DNA of 51,561 nt from a virus (IMGVR_UViG_3300037245_001095:1-51561); one strand, 5' to 3'. Numbered from the stretch's first letter, positions 9,723 to 19,837 are shown. A program made the numbers and translations. The notes: generated from the sequence alone by a model not told the origin.

Positions 9723-9743
9723 AACTTACTCCTTAATTTTTTA

Positions 9744-10229
9744 TTAAAAAACCTTAAACGCAATTATAGTAAGACCAATTGCTGATATAATGCTAATCAC
9801 TAATCCAATATTATTCTTCAGTTCTGCTTTCTTTATTTCTCTGTCTATATCCAAAAGCGACGTCCTCAAGTCTGATACTGAGCCTAATAATCTGTCGCCC
9901 GTATTCTTCAAGCTGACGTACTCCTCCAGTAATTTGCTCGAGACTGTTGCTAAGCCATTCGCTTTCTGCTCTAACGAACTCAGCAGTCGATTTACTTTCT
10001 GTTGAAATGTCGCTAGCCGAGCTTCCAACTGTGGCAACTTTATCAATAAATCTATTAACGTCAGTTGTGTATTGGTTGATAAGACGTTCAACTCCAGTGA
10101 AATCTCCCCAAGCTCCATTGTAAGTTCCGCGTATGTTGGCAACATTGGGTCTGCCGATAGCATACCAACAAATACCAAGGACAAAAGTAGTAAGCAGAAT
10201 AGTAATAAGATATTTCTTAAACATTTCAT
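9744..10229 (-). CDS. spanin-like protein: signal peptide, coiled coil, C-terminal TM helix
   Basis: Hydrophobic N-terminus ending LSA-DP, Leu heptads, C-terminal IGLVISIISAIGLTIIAF; follows the holin. Confidence 0.65.
   Translation of the reverse strand: MKCLRNILLLFCLLLLSLVFVGMLSADPMLPTYAELTMELGEISLELNVLSTNTQLTLIDLLIKLPQLEARLATFQQKVNRLLSSLEQKANGLATVSSKLLEEYVSLKNTGDRLLGSVSDLRTSLLDIDREIKKAELKNNIGLVISIISAIGLTIIAFKVF
9811..10224 (-). CDS. nested i-spanin-like protein: N-terminal TM anchor and coiled coil
   Basis: 137-codon frame fully inside 9744..10229; MFKKYLITILLTTFVLGICWYAIG anchor; shares the GGAG RBS. Confidence 0.6.
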   Translation of the reverse strand: MFKKYLITILLTTFVLGICWYAIGRPNVANIRGTYNGAWGDFTGVERLINQYTTDVNRFIDKVATVGSSASDISTESKSTAEFVRAESEWLSNSLEQITGGVRQLEEYGRQIIRLSIRLEDVAFGYRQRNKESRTEE

Positions 10230-10426
10230 TTCTTCTCCGACGATTTTCTCATATCATTTATAAGTGTAATCACACCTTTGACAACATTCACACCAAGATA
10301 AACCCAAGCTATTGTAACCCATTGATCACCTGTTATTAATTTTAAAAACAAACCAACTGTTGCTATTGTAAATACAATAAACTTTTTAGGCAACACTTTG
10401 TTAAAAAAGAAGTCTATATTTTTCAT
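10226..10426 (-). CDS. holin (2 TM, basic C-tail)
   Basis: 66 aa, two hydrophobic segments, charged C-terminus, in the lysis cassette. Confidence 0.7.
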   Translation of the reverse strand: MKNIDFFFNKVLPKKFIVFTIATVGLFLKLITGDQWVTIAWVYLGVNVVKGVITLINDMRKSSEKK

Positions 10427-10429
10427 AAT

Positions 10430-10873
10430 TTAATCCTCAATAAATATATATCTGTAATCAATAATACGACCAATTCGAGCTGTTTTTGAACCGTATTGTG
10501 AATAAGAATCAAAGGTCACATTGTCATTAAGAGCAACAATAACAAAATGTTCAACTACTTTATTACGTTCTGTGACACGTCTGAATCTTGCAATACGGTA
10601 CATCCATTTATCATCTTTTTTAACACGTTTGCCATAGACTTTTTTACCCATCTGACCACTTGTGATATGTAGAACCCCGGCCACGGCACCTTTAATCATT
10701 GTAACTTCTTCACCAACAAGTCCAACATTTCGACATAAGGTATAGACATTATTAACATCAGAAACTGACAAGCTAAGTCCAGATTTAAGTTCATATAATC
10801 TTGTGACGTCTAAAAAATAACATCCCCATTCTGCTAAATCAGGATGTATACCATCTGTTTTTTGATAAATCAT
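10430..10873 (-). CDS. DUF261-like / papain-fold cysteine peptidase, candidate endolysin
   Basis: Q...WGCYF...EHFVIV...FDS pattern (putative Cys-His-Asp triad); lies between two holin-like genes. Confidence 0.55.
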   Translation of the reverse strand: MIYQKTDGIHPDLAEWGCYFLDVTRLYELKSGLSLSVSDVNNVYTLCRNVGLVGEEVTMIKGAVAGVLHITSGQMGKKVYGKRVKKDDKWMYRIARFRRVTERNKVVEHFVIVALNDNVTFDSYSQYGSKTARIGRIIDYRYIFIED

Positions 10874-11163
10874 TTTTTCATACCTCTCTCAACAAAATAG
10901 TTAATCATACGAGTTGACATTGCTTCAACATTCTCAACAGAGGCCCTAAGACTGATGACATTTAATTCAATCTCATGATCTTTTTCTTTAAGTAATTCAA
11001 CATCTTCTCGTAGTTTAGTTAGTGTGCTAATCTCTACTGTTATTTGTACAAGCTTTTCATCCACTTTTTTAGACCGCCTTGAACTCGATATTGTAAACCA
11101 TATTACAATAATCAAAGCAAGTGCCCCGGGTCCATAGTTGTATAATACTGCAATAAAGTCCAT
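10870..11163 (-). CDS. holin-like membrane protein (N-terminal TM and coiled coil)
   Basis: GPGALALIIVIWFTI TM segment followed by heptad repeats; first gene of the lysis cassette. Confidence 0.55.
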   Translation of the reverse strand: MDFIAVLYNYGPGALALIIVIWFTISSSRRSKKVDEKLVQITVEISTLTKLREDVELLKEKDHEIELNVISLRASVENVEAMSTRMINYFVERGMKK

Positions 11164-11173
11164 TTATATTCTC

Positions 11174-11380
11174 CTATTTTTTCACTAACATTTCATCTTC
11201 ATAAATGTATCCACCATTGTCAATATCTTCTGGTAATTCTTTACCCCAGGGATACCATTTTAAACCAGTTGCGTCTTTTGGCTTTTCAAGTGCTCTTGAC
11301 CATCCCATGTAAGAATTATCTTCTGTTTTAATCAGTATAAAATTATATTCAATCGGTTCTATTACATCGTATCCGTCCAT
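11174..11380 (-). CDS. small protein following the tail fibre (possible fibre chaperone)
   Basis: AGGAG RBS; position. Confidence 0.55.
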   Translation of the reverse strand: MDGYDVIEPIEYNFILIKTEDNSYMGWSRALEKPKDATGLKWYPWGKELPEDIDNGGYIYEDEMLVKK

Positions 11381-11392
11381 TTTATTTCTCCT

Positions 11393-12613
11393 TTAAGTTA
11401 TTGTAATTACAGCTTCACTCGCAATAAGACTCATAGCAGGTGTTGTATTTGTCATGCCTGTAGAAATCCCTGTTTGATTTATTATACAGGTAATCTCTTT
11501 TCCAAAAATTACCACATTACTTATAGTGAATGAACCTATAACAGCAGATAATACACCATCTAAACCACGAAATCTAAAAGTATTTCCGGGGATGATTGTT
11601 ATTCCAGTTCCTCGTTTTGGTATTTCAGGCCATATAAAAGATAATCGTAATTGATCGTCATTACTTTCTTTGTACGCCTGAATTGTTGCAAGACTAAAAG
11701 CCCCTCCCTGACCTCCCATTCTCATCTCTTCTCCTGCTTCAAGGAATGTTCCTGCTGTTATTCCATCGGGGAGTGTAGGAGTATCATCAAGGTATGGCGT
11801 TACAAGAAAAAATCCTTTTTGTCCACTGCCTCCAATATTTCCTCTAATCTGAGTCAATAATGTTAATGTTGTAGATACATCAACATTTACCTGAATCTTA
11901 AATCCTGCATTTGAGACACTATCTGATTTCGCAAGTCTTACTCCAATAATTCCTATCAAACTAAATGACGATCCATTGGCAGATCTATCAACAATTTCAA
12001 TAGATGTATTATTTTTTGTTCTTGCAATTCCTCCACCTGTTACAGCTACACGAAAAGAAAAAGTACCTTGTCTTGCACTTCCAAGTATATGAGTGGAAAA
12101 TTCTGCTTGACATGGTTCACCAGTATTACCGGTAGTCTCCGCAATGGTATACCATCCATCAACACTCAAAGTTCCTGATATCAATTCCTGTGAATCGATT
12201 CGTCCTGAAGTGAAAGAACGAGGATTGATAAGACCTATTACTATTGTTTCCCAAGAAGCAGCAATACGTCTGAAACGACCAGTTTGACCAGATGTTACAA
12301 TCACAGAACTAGCATCAGTTGTGATAGTAATATTATCAGTCACATGCGTATTTGTAATCTCAACTTCATTACCATTAACTGCAAGAAAGATTTGTGTTAA
12401 ATCATAATTAGTATTTGTTTCTATTTGAAGAGTATCAATAAAAGGTAATGCTGTATATACACTACCACCATCGCCTCTTTTACGAGGGTCTCGAATGGCA
12501 TCAGTTATACCAGTAGCAATTACTTCTTGTCCAATACCAAGAATAGGATTATTACTTGTTAAAGTTGCTTGAGTTTCTTTAAGTTTTAATAGTACAATAT
12601 CTTCACTAGCCAT
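11393..12613 (-). CDS. tail fibre / receptor-binding protein
   Basis: N-terminal NPILGIGQ...KRGDG..YTALPF motif (Mtd-N/hyaluronidase-like anchor); Gly/Thr/Ser-rich beta body. Confidence 0.75.
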   Translation of the reverse strand: MASEDIVLLKLKETQATLTSNNPILGIGQEVIATGITDAIRDPRKRGDGGSVYTALPFIDTLQIETNTNYDLTQIFLAVNGNEVEITNTHVTDNITITTDASSVIVTSGQTGRFRRIAASWETIVIGLINPRSFTSGRIDSQELISGTLSVDGWYTIAETTGNTGEPCQAEFSTHILGSARQGTFSFRVAVTGGGIARTKNNTSIEIVDRSANGSSFSLIGIIGVRLAKSDSVSNAGFKIQVNVDVSTTLTLLTQIRGNIGGSGQKGFFLVTPYLDDTPTLPDGITAGTFLEAGEEMRMGGQGGAFSLATIQAYKESNDDQLRLSFIWPEIPKRGTGITIIPGNTFRFRGLDGVLSAVIGSFTISNVVIFGKEITCIINQTGISTGMTNTTPAMSLIASEAVITIT

Positions 12614-14513
12614 ATATACCCTCCCACACGGTGCTGTATGGTCTCTCTCTTAATTTAATTCTATTTACTTTTAATGCATAATCTGGTTGTTTACTTACTA
12701 CTTGTCCACGTACTAATCCAAAATATATATCGCCAATTTCTTCAATAGTTACTGGCGAAATTACCTCTTGATACTTCTGTACTGCAGTTATTACTTCTTG
12801 CTTTGTTGGAGCACTTGCAATAACCTCAAAGAATACAAGATTATTAGTAAACTTCTTTTTTAATAATATTAAATTGACATTTATTACATCATATAGTTTC
12901 AAGTCTAAATACTGCTGGCCCATTAATTCCAATTGAAAGACTTTACGAATCTTAAAATAATCTTCAGCTTGAATTACTGCGCGATCAGTTGCCTCTGCTT
13001 CTGTCTCCAGGCCACTATCTTTATTATAGACTGTCTCTATTTTATACTCAGCAAAAGATTCATCAAAATAAGTTAAATCTTCAACACGTGGTGCTGTATC
13101 ATTTAATATTGATTTATTATAACCAATATATATTTTATTAAAAACATCTTCTCTGTTTGACTCAGCTTCAACTTTTGCAGGATCTTTTATATGAATCGTA
13201 GGTACAGTTAATTCAACATCACGATTTGGATTATCAACTCTTATTGTTCTTTTATTATCTGCTGTATTTGTATATCTAAAACCAACAGAAGATAACGCTT
13301 GTACCTCTCTTATCCACTCATAAATATCTTTAGTTATATCCATATATAATGAAACAGGCGCCAAGAACACTTCTTCAAGTTCCCATTCAGTTGTATCATA
13401 TCCTGAACTATCATATGGTAATCCTAACCATCGCGCATTCATATCTTTTATAGGATCACTACCATATGTGGTCACAATACCTTTTATATGAGCTTTAACA
13501 GGCAATGAGTTATAAGTACTACCACTAACTGCTTTCGCATCAGGTACTGTCACAATTCCAGTAGCCCAGTTGACACTTATACCAGTATCTTCAATCCAAA
13601 CATCATTTGAATCCTTAACATATACTGTAATATCTGCTAAGGTAGAACCTATCAGGACTTCAAGAAATTTAAAGTCTGCATCAGTACCTGCATCTATTGC
13701 ATTTTCATTGATACATAACCCGGGCACATCACGAAGTGGCCCATAACCAAAAGGTAAAGTCTTACCAATATTTGTATCACCAAGATCAGGATAATCATCA
13801 ACATTCAAAATTATAGAAGGCACTTGAGCAGTTAGTGTCTTTCTCACATCTTGAATGTCAACTTTAAATTCAAATGCAGAGAAGTTATAATCTTCCACAA
13901 AATACGTGGCCCGTTCTATAAGATCACCATATTCATCGCCATCTTCACCAGTTTTAATAGCAACTTTATTTCCATATATTGGTGTATCTTTAAATTGATT
14001 AAAGAACCTACTATTATTATCAAAAACTAAAGTCTCAATTATAAAAGATAATTGGTCATAGTTAAACTTATCAACACTTGTCAGAATACTTGGAAAAGAA
14101 ACTAATAATGGTCTAAATGTTCTACCTTCAAAATATCGCACACGATCATTTGTTAAACCTATAGATACGCCATAATCAAAATTAGCATCAATATAATCAA
14201 GATTATGTAAGGGATTAAGATGAATATATAGTATTTGATTTGTAGCATCCCAATAAAAACTTTGGTTATCACTTTGCATATCTGTAATAGAATCTTTTGT
14301 AGTATAATTTATATTATTTTGATATACAACACCAGTAACAATTGTTCTTGATGTTAGTGGTTCTATAACACCAAATGTTGTAGTCCAGAAGTCAGCTATT
14401 TCTTCATTAGCTGCACCATAATAGAATTTAAATGCTATAACTCCTGGCCATTCTGACGGTGCATAAAAATCTGAGATTTCTGCCAGTCTTGTAATTTCTG
14501 CTGTTGTAAACAC
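12606..14513 (-). CDS. tail tip / baseplate hub protein
   Basis: 635 aa; GKTLPFGYG motif; position after the distal tail genes. Confidence 0.7.
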   Translation of the reverse strand: MFTTAEITRLAEISDFYAPSEWPGVIAFKFYYGAANEEIADFWTTTFGVIEPLTSRTIVTGVVYQNNINYTTKDSITDMQSDNQSFYWDATNQILYIHLNPLHNLDYIDANFDYGVSIGLTNDRVRYFEGRTFRPLLVSFPSILTSVDKFNYDQLSFIIETLVFDNNSRFFNQFKDTPIYGNKVAIKTGEDGDEYGDLIERATYFVEDYNFSAFEFKVDIQDVRKTLTAQVPSIILNVDDYPDLGDTNIGKTLPFGYGPLRDVPGLCINENAIDAGTDADFKFLEVLIGSTLADITVYVKDSNDVWIEDTGISVNWATGIVTVPDAKAVSGSTYNSLPVKAHIKGIVTTYGSDPIKDMNARWLGLPYDSSGYDTTEWELEEVFLAPVSLYMDITKDIYEWIREVQALSSVGFRYTNTADNKRTIRVDNPNRDVELTVPTIHIKDPAKVEAESNREDVFNKIYIGYNKSILNDTAPRVEDLTYFDESFAEYKIETVYNKDSGLETEAEATDRAVIQAEDYFKIRKVFQLELMGQQYLDLKLYDVINVNLILLKKKFTNNLVFFEVIASAPTKQEVITAVQKYQEVISPVTIEEIGDIYFGLVRGQVVSKQPDYALKVNRIKLRERPYSTVWEGIYG

Positions 14514-14516
14514 TTA

Positions 14517-15077
14517 TCACTCCATTATTGCAATCGACTTTACATTACTACCATCATATATCAACAATGGTGTTTCTCCAGCTTCCATTAAAGGTATTGC
14601 TCTTATAGCTGTTCCATTATAGTATCTTAATTTTTGATTTGTTAAATCTGCCTGATCAGCAATAATTACTGTACCATCTGCTAATTTCATTTGTAATTTA
14701 CCAGATGAGTCATAGCCCATTGCAATCATACTATATGTTTGAGTAAAACCATTATGTGACGCATCTACTTGAATCACGTGACAAACAACTCGTATTCCTT
14801 GTATTTTTTTACCAAGAGGATAAGTATAAGTTTTCTTGCCAGATTGGTCTGTAGAACCTAAGTATATCCAATTGTCTTCATATTTATAATAAAAATCCTG
14901 TGAAGCATCATTAGCTTCAAGACCACTCTGGGCTGCAATAAATGAAACATAATCTACATTGTGTGCAATTGCAAATGTTATAGTCCCTGTAGCAATATCG
15001 TCATAAGGGTTAGGAGCAGTTGGTCCAACATATGCATATGAATTATCATCACCATCATTTCCATAGGTTGGACCCAT
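14517..15077 (-). CDS. minor tail protein (5' end uncertain; possible frameshift from ATG 15112)
   Basis: 186-aa ORF with C-terminal LRYYNG..IPL...PLLIYDG repeats; weak RBS at 15077. Confidence 0.6.
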   Translation of the reverse strand: MGPTYGNDGDDNSYAYVGPTAPNPYDDIATGTITFAIAHNVDYVSFIAAQSGLEANDASQDFYYKYEDNWIYLGSTDQSGKKTYTYPLGKKIQGIRVVCHVIQVDASHNGFTQTYSMIAMGYDSSGKLQMKLADGTVIIADQADLTNQKLRYYNGTAIRAIPLMEAGETPLLIYDGSNVKSIAIME

Positions 15078-15235
15078 ACTATAACTGGTGCTCGGGCATA
15101 ATCTGTCGCCATATCTATATCCTCTTCATCTTCAACCTTAATTTCATTATATATAAAAGTATTTATATCTACTCTATTATTACAAGATACAATTAACATA
15201 CTTAATATAAATAAAAACCTAAACTTCTTAAGCAT
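14978..15235 (-). CDS. lipoprotein-signal ORF overlapping the downstream tail gene
   Basis: MLKKFRFLFILSMLIVS-C lipobox; the C-terminal half looks like off-frame read-through. Confidence 0.4.
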   Translation of the reverse strand: MLKKFRFLFILSMLIVSCNNRVDINTFIYNEIKVEDEEDIDMATDYARAPVIVWVQPMEMMVMIIHMHMLDQLLLTLMTILLQGL

Positions 15236-15737
15236 TTGATCTAAACCAAATTTGACCTGCTACTGGTGAACCTGGATCAGAAGTTAAATCAGCTAACTGA
15301 ATTGTATTAAATGTTGGATTATCTGTTATGTATGAATATCTGCTATTTGCAATTGATAAGTCACCAACTAATATTGCTTTTGTTTCATCAAAAATATACA
15401 AATTATCAGAACTATCATAATAACCATTATATATTTTATTCCACGTCACACCACTTAAATTAGCAACAAATGCAAAATCTGCTGTTGCTCCACTATCACC
15501 ACTATTAGGTATTAATTTTACATAATCACTTGGTGTTCCAGTAATTGCAGTATCACTATCTGTATGATATACAACTCCCTCAACTTGAAATGTTGCGCCT
15601 AATGGGATATTACTACCATCAACTTGTAATGGGTCATTTAAACTCAAGAAAGCTTTAGCTACAAGATTTATAATCTTTGCCCAGTCACCTGATACAGGAT
15701 TTGGTGTAGTTGGATAATCTACTCTATTACAAGCCAT
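15228..15737 (-). CDS. minor tail protein
   Basis: Ends LTSDPGSPVAGQIWF, a typical tail-fibre joint motif. Confidence 0.7.
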   Translation of the reverse strand: MACNRVDYPTTPNPVSGDWAKIINLVAKAFLSLNDPLQVDGSNIPLGATFQVEGVVYHTDSDTAITGTPSDYVKLIPNSGDSGATADFAFVANLSGVTWNKIYNGYYDSSDNLYIFDETKAILVGDLSIANSRYSYITDNPTFNTIQLADLTSDPGSPVAGQIWFRSNA

Positions 15738-16445
15738 TTAACGTGCCTCCATTACTGATATAGCAAGATCAGTAAATTCATTTATTTCACTTTCTGATAT
15801 ATCAGAATCAAATATTGCATACATAGGTTTCTTTGTTGTATCTTCATGTCTATCAAGCCAGAACCCTTTACCCTTATGAACATAGTCATAAGTTGCAATA
15901 AAAGCATCAGCTTGAACTTCTGTAAGTTTATTCATTGCAATAGGAAAACCTCTGAGTCTTATACCAGTATTAAATAATACTTGTCCGCCATCTGTTTGTG
16001 CAAATAATGATGTGTCTTTATGCTCAATTTTTATTGGCTTACCAACATTATGAAGTTGTGTATAATTACCACATGAAAAACCACCAAGAAATGCTGCACT
16101 AACTGCACTTACTAAAGATATCTCAACCGATCTTACAGTTGTTAATTCAGTAATATATTGTTTTACTTCAGTACCAGGAAATGCTATTACAGTTGTACTA
16201 AGTACTCCACCACCACTATCTTTAAACACAACAGTTATTGACGAAAGATTATGATAACCTAAAAAGAAACTATCAACTGAAATATCTGCAGCCCATGTGA
16301 CTGTAATTACTGAACTTGCTGCAGATGCTTGTGTGATATCTTCGAGCATATTAGCATAGATATTTGCCACAGGATAATTACCATCAGGATTTGTCATTGC
16401 AATTGAACTATTTTCTTCAATCATATTTCTTGTTAATATTCTCAT
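15738..16445 (-). CDS. distal tail-like protein
   Basis: Immediately follows the tape measure gene; beta-rich. Confidence 0.6.
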   Translation of the reverse strand: MRILTRNMIEENSSIAMTNPDGNYPVANIYANMLEDITQASAASSVITVTWAADISVDSFFLGYHNLSSITVVFKDSGGGVLSTTVIAFPGTEVKQYITELTTVRSVEISLVSAVSAAFLGGFSCGNYTQLHNVGKPIKIEHKDTSLFAQTDGGQVLFNTGIRLRGFPIAMNKLTEVQADAFIATYDYVHKGKGFWLDRHEDTTKKPMYAIFDSDISESEINEFTDLAISVMEAR

Positions 16446-19400
16446 AGTTTGACCTGCCCATTTCTATAGTATTTCGCTGAATTAGTTGCAACTATTTTAC
16501 CATCAAGATATGTATTATTAACAATATGAATGACACCACCATCACTTCCATTTGTGAGTTCATTTGCAACATTTTTCTGGCCTGCCTTATTCAAGATTAT
16601 TTCACCAGCATCTGCAAGAACACTTGTCGCGTCACCTTTATAAGATGAACCTGGAATTACGCCACCGTCTCTAAATTTAGGTGGTTTAGGTTTTGATGCA
16701 CCAATTGCGAAAAGTTGTGCTGCAGCTAAACCAGTCATTACTAAACCACCTATAAAACCACCAGTTGCATAACCTTCTAATATTGCAAGTGCTGACTTAG
16801 TTATTGCTGCCAGACCATCAGCTGCCCATGATACTAAATCTGCTTTATACTGTAATTTAGCAATCTTCTCATTTGCATCATCAGTTGCAGCAATACGTAA
16901 CGCATCATATTGTTCTTGTATTGTTAAACGATCAAGTTCATTTTGAATCAATAATGCTTTCTGCGCGTCACCGGCTCTAAGAGCATCAAGAAATTGACGT
17001 TCAAGTTTTTCACGTTCGGTTTCTTCCGCGACCCCGGCTGCTTCAATTGCAGCATCTTCAAGAGTTTGTATATCTGCAAGTGCTTGAGTTAATTGCTCTT
17101 CTTCAACTGATATTAGATTACCTATAACAGCTTGAATAAGACTATCAAAAGCATCAATAAAATCTAATACAACATCTGTAATTTCTTCAAAGTTATTTTT
17201 AAAAGCTTCTAATCTTGCATTATCAGCAAGTATGTCATAAAGCTCATTTACTTTAACAATAGCTTCTTCATTACCTTCAACACTTTCCAAAGCTCTTTCA
17301 CGTTCAATTTCAATAAGTTCTAATTCAGATAAAGCTAACTTATCAATCTTATCTTGATATAACGCGATTTGTTCAGTACGTTCATCAAGGGCTGTTTGTT
17401 TAATACCTTCTGCTAAAGCATCAAAATAATTATCTATAGCTATTGTAGCTGATTCATTACCTTCAACAAGGATTAATGCTTTCTGTCTTTCAATTTCATT
17501 TAACCCAAGTTCAGTTGCAGCTAAATCTCTGAGTTTATCAATATATTCCTGAGTTGTAGTAGTTGCATCTTCAACTGGTTTAATATAATCACCAAATAAT
17601 TCAATGAACTTTGTAAAACCACCACCAGCAATTGTAAAACCTTCTGCAAGTAATTTATTTGCTGCATTTAATACAGCTGTTGATTGTTCTCTTTCAAGAT
17701 CAAACTTTTGTCCATTTGCTGCATACAAAATTTCTTTCTGTATGAGTTCAGCTAAAATAATGTCTAACTCTTCTTGTATTGCAAGTCGTTTTTCTAAATC
17801 TGTTGGTTCATCATCGTCTCTCACAGCACCAAATTCTACTTGATATTCTTTCCAAAGTCGAATAAGCTCTTGAATCTCTACCTCTTCTGCCTTTAATCCT
17901 TGTTCAACAAGAGCAGTCTGAGCTTTTAGAAAAGCACCTGATAAATCAGCATTACGATCATATTCATCACCAAGTAATTTCTGAAACTCTACAGATCTTT
18001 TAAATGCAGTTTCTAATGTCTTATATACTTCTGCAACATTTGCTTCTGTCTCTAATTCTGTGTTAGCTTCCTCTTTTGCTTTATCAATAAGAAATTGTCT
18101 TAAGGCTGCCTGTTCAGCTAAAGCATCACGTACTGATAAATTTAGGGCCTCTATTCTTTTACCTTCTGCAATTTCTTCTTCAAGTAATCCAAGACGTTCG
18201 CCTGCTTGCTCAACAAATAATTCATTTGTTTTACCAACAGCAATAGCCTGTTCTAATGTTACATCATTTACATCAGCAATATCTTGTAATGCTTTACGTA
18301 ATTTTTGAACAGTATCAAGACCTTCGCCAAAACCAGAACTTATCATACTAAGCTGTTTACTTACATCATTAGCCTTATTTAAAAATTCCTTCATATTATC
18401 TACAGCTATACCAGTATCAACTGCTATAGCACCAAAGTCGTCTTTTAAACGTTCCATACGCGCATTCTTTAATGCACCAATAGCAGCAATAATACCAACA
18501 ACACCAACAATCACACCACCAATTACTGCGGCTACTAAACCAAAACTTACTATAATAGGTGATAATAATATACCTATACCAATTAAGACTTTCTGCATTG
18601 CAAAAAGAGCTACAGTTAAACCAATAGTTACTGCAGCTACAACACCGATTGCAGTACCAACTGCTAAAAGACCAGAAGGTAATTTATTAACAAACTTAAC
18701 AATAGCAGTACCAGTGTCAACAAGACTCCTTAATGTTGGTTCAAACTCTTTAGCTATACTTATCTGTAATGCCTCTTCTGCATTTTTAAATTTATCAAAT
18801 GAACCCTGAAGTGTATCCATCTGAATTGCCATAGCCTCAAAAGCTCTATTAGTTCCAGTAACAGCTTCAGTCATTTCAATAATACCACCTTTGGCGGTAC
18901 TGGCTGATGATACAAGAGCAGCTAATTGAACACCTGATACTTTACCAAAAATGGCTGCAGCATTTGTTGCATCAACACCTTTATCACGTAATGTATCAAA
19001 AATATCAGCTAATGAATTAACTGTTGGATTTACTTCATTAAAAGTTATACCAAGTTTTGATAATTTTCTATTTACAACACTTGTTGAATCAGCAAGATTG
19101 ATTAAGATGGTCCTCAATCCACGACCGGCTTTCTCACCACTAAAACCTTTATTATAGAGTAATTGTAATGCACCAGTTGTTTCTTCAACTGTTAAACCAA
19201 GGCCTGCAGCAATAGGACCTAAGTATTCAAATGACTTAGTAAGTTTATTCATAGTTGCAAGAGAGTTAGTAATTGCGGCAGTGAATACATTTGCAATGCG
19301 TACTGATTCTTCTGATTGTAAATTATATTGTTTCAATACAGTTACAACAGTTTCTGTTGTTCTTGCTAAATCAGAACCAGTTGCTATGGCTAGAGCATTA

Positions 19401-19837
19401 ACACCATCTAAAGCTGCAATTGATTCAGCAGCACTAAGACCTGCAGATGCTAAAAAGTATAATGCATTTGCTGCAGCACTTGCTGTTGATCTCGTAGTTG
19501 CACCAACTCTACGTGCAGCTGCTTCCATGTCATTTAATTCTTCTGTGCTAGCACGGGCTACAGATTGTGTATTTGCTAATGACTGTTGAAACTTTGCAAA
19601 TACACCAATCATGTCAGTGAAGCCTTTAATAACGGCTCGAGAGGCTTTTAAAGCTACAGCAGTAATAATTGCAAAGGCTGCAGTATAAGATAGTTCAACT
19701 GTTTGAGCATTCTTCTTACTTTGAGTCGCAACACTCTTACCAAAATTATTCATTTTGCTTTTAGTGGCGTCGAGTTGTGAATGAAGCTTTTGAAAATCGA
19801 GTTCTATCTCTGCTCTAACTTTACCAACGTCTGGCAT
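16442..19837 (-). CDS. tail tape measure protein (TP901-like core)
   Basis: 1131 aa, Ala-rich helical; LASAGLS, G.SGEKAGRGLR, C-terminal FRDGGVIPG. Confidence 0.93.
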   Translation of the reverse strand: MPDVGKVRAEIELDFQKLHSQLDATKSKMNNFGKSVATQSKKNAQTVELSYTAAFAIITAVALKASRAVIKGFTDMIGVFAKFQQSLANTQSVARASTEELNDMEAAARRVGATTRSTASAAANALYFLASAGLSAAESIAALDGVNALAIATGSDLARTTETVVTVLKQYNLQSEESVRIANVFTAAITNSLATMNKLTKSFEYLGPIAAGLGLTVEETTGALQLLYNKGFSGEKAGRGLRTILINLADSTSVVNRKLSKLGITFNEVNPTVNSLADIFDTLRDKGVDATNAAAIFGKVSGVQLAALVSSASTAKGGIIEMTEAVTGTNRAFEAMAIQMDTLQGSFDKFKNAEEALQISIAKEFEPTLRSLVDTGTAIVKFVNKLPSGLLAVGTAIGVVAAVTIGLTVALFAMQKVLIGIGILLSPIIVSFGLVAAVIGGVIVGVVGIIAAIGALKNARMERLKDDFGAIAVDTGIAVDNMKEFLNKANDVSKQLSMISSGFGEGLDTVQKLRKALQDIADVNDVTLEQAIAVGKTNELFVEQAGERLGLLEEEIAEGKRIEALNLSVRDALAEQAALRQFLIDKAKEEANTELETEANVAEVYKTLETAFKRSVEFQKLLGDEYDRNADLSGAFLKAQTALVEQGLKAEEVEIQELIRLWKEYQVEFGAVRDDDEPTDLEKRLAIQEELDIILAELIQKEILYAANGQKFDLEREQSTAVLNAANKLLAEGFTIAGGGFTKFIELFGDYIKPVEDATTTTQEYIDKLRDLAATELGLNEIERQKALILVEGNESATIAIDNYFDALAEGIKQTALDERTEQIALYQDKIDKLALSELELIEIERERALESVEGNEEAIVKVNELYDILADNARLEAFKNNFEEITDVVLDFIDAFDSLIQAVIGNLISVEEEQLTQALADIQTLEDAAIEAAGVAEETEREKLERQFLDALRAGDAQKALLIQNELDRLTIQEQYDALRIAATDDANEKIAKLQYKADLVSWAADGLAAITKSALAILEGYATGGFIGGLVMTGLAAAQLFAIGASKPKPPKFRDGGVIPGSSYKGDATSVLADAGEIILNKAGQKNVANELTNGSDGGVIHIVNNTYLDGKIVATNSAKYYRNGQVKL

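Noticed and set aside
11393-12613. Diversity-generating retroelement suggested by the Mtd-N-like start of the tail fibre
   Set aside because: No reverse transcriptase ORF and no template/variable repeat pair differing at adenines was seen.
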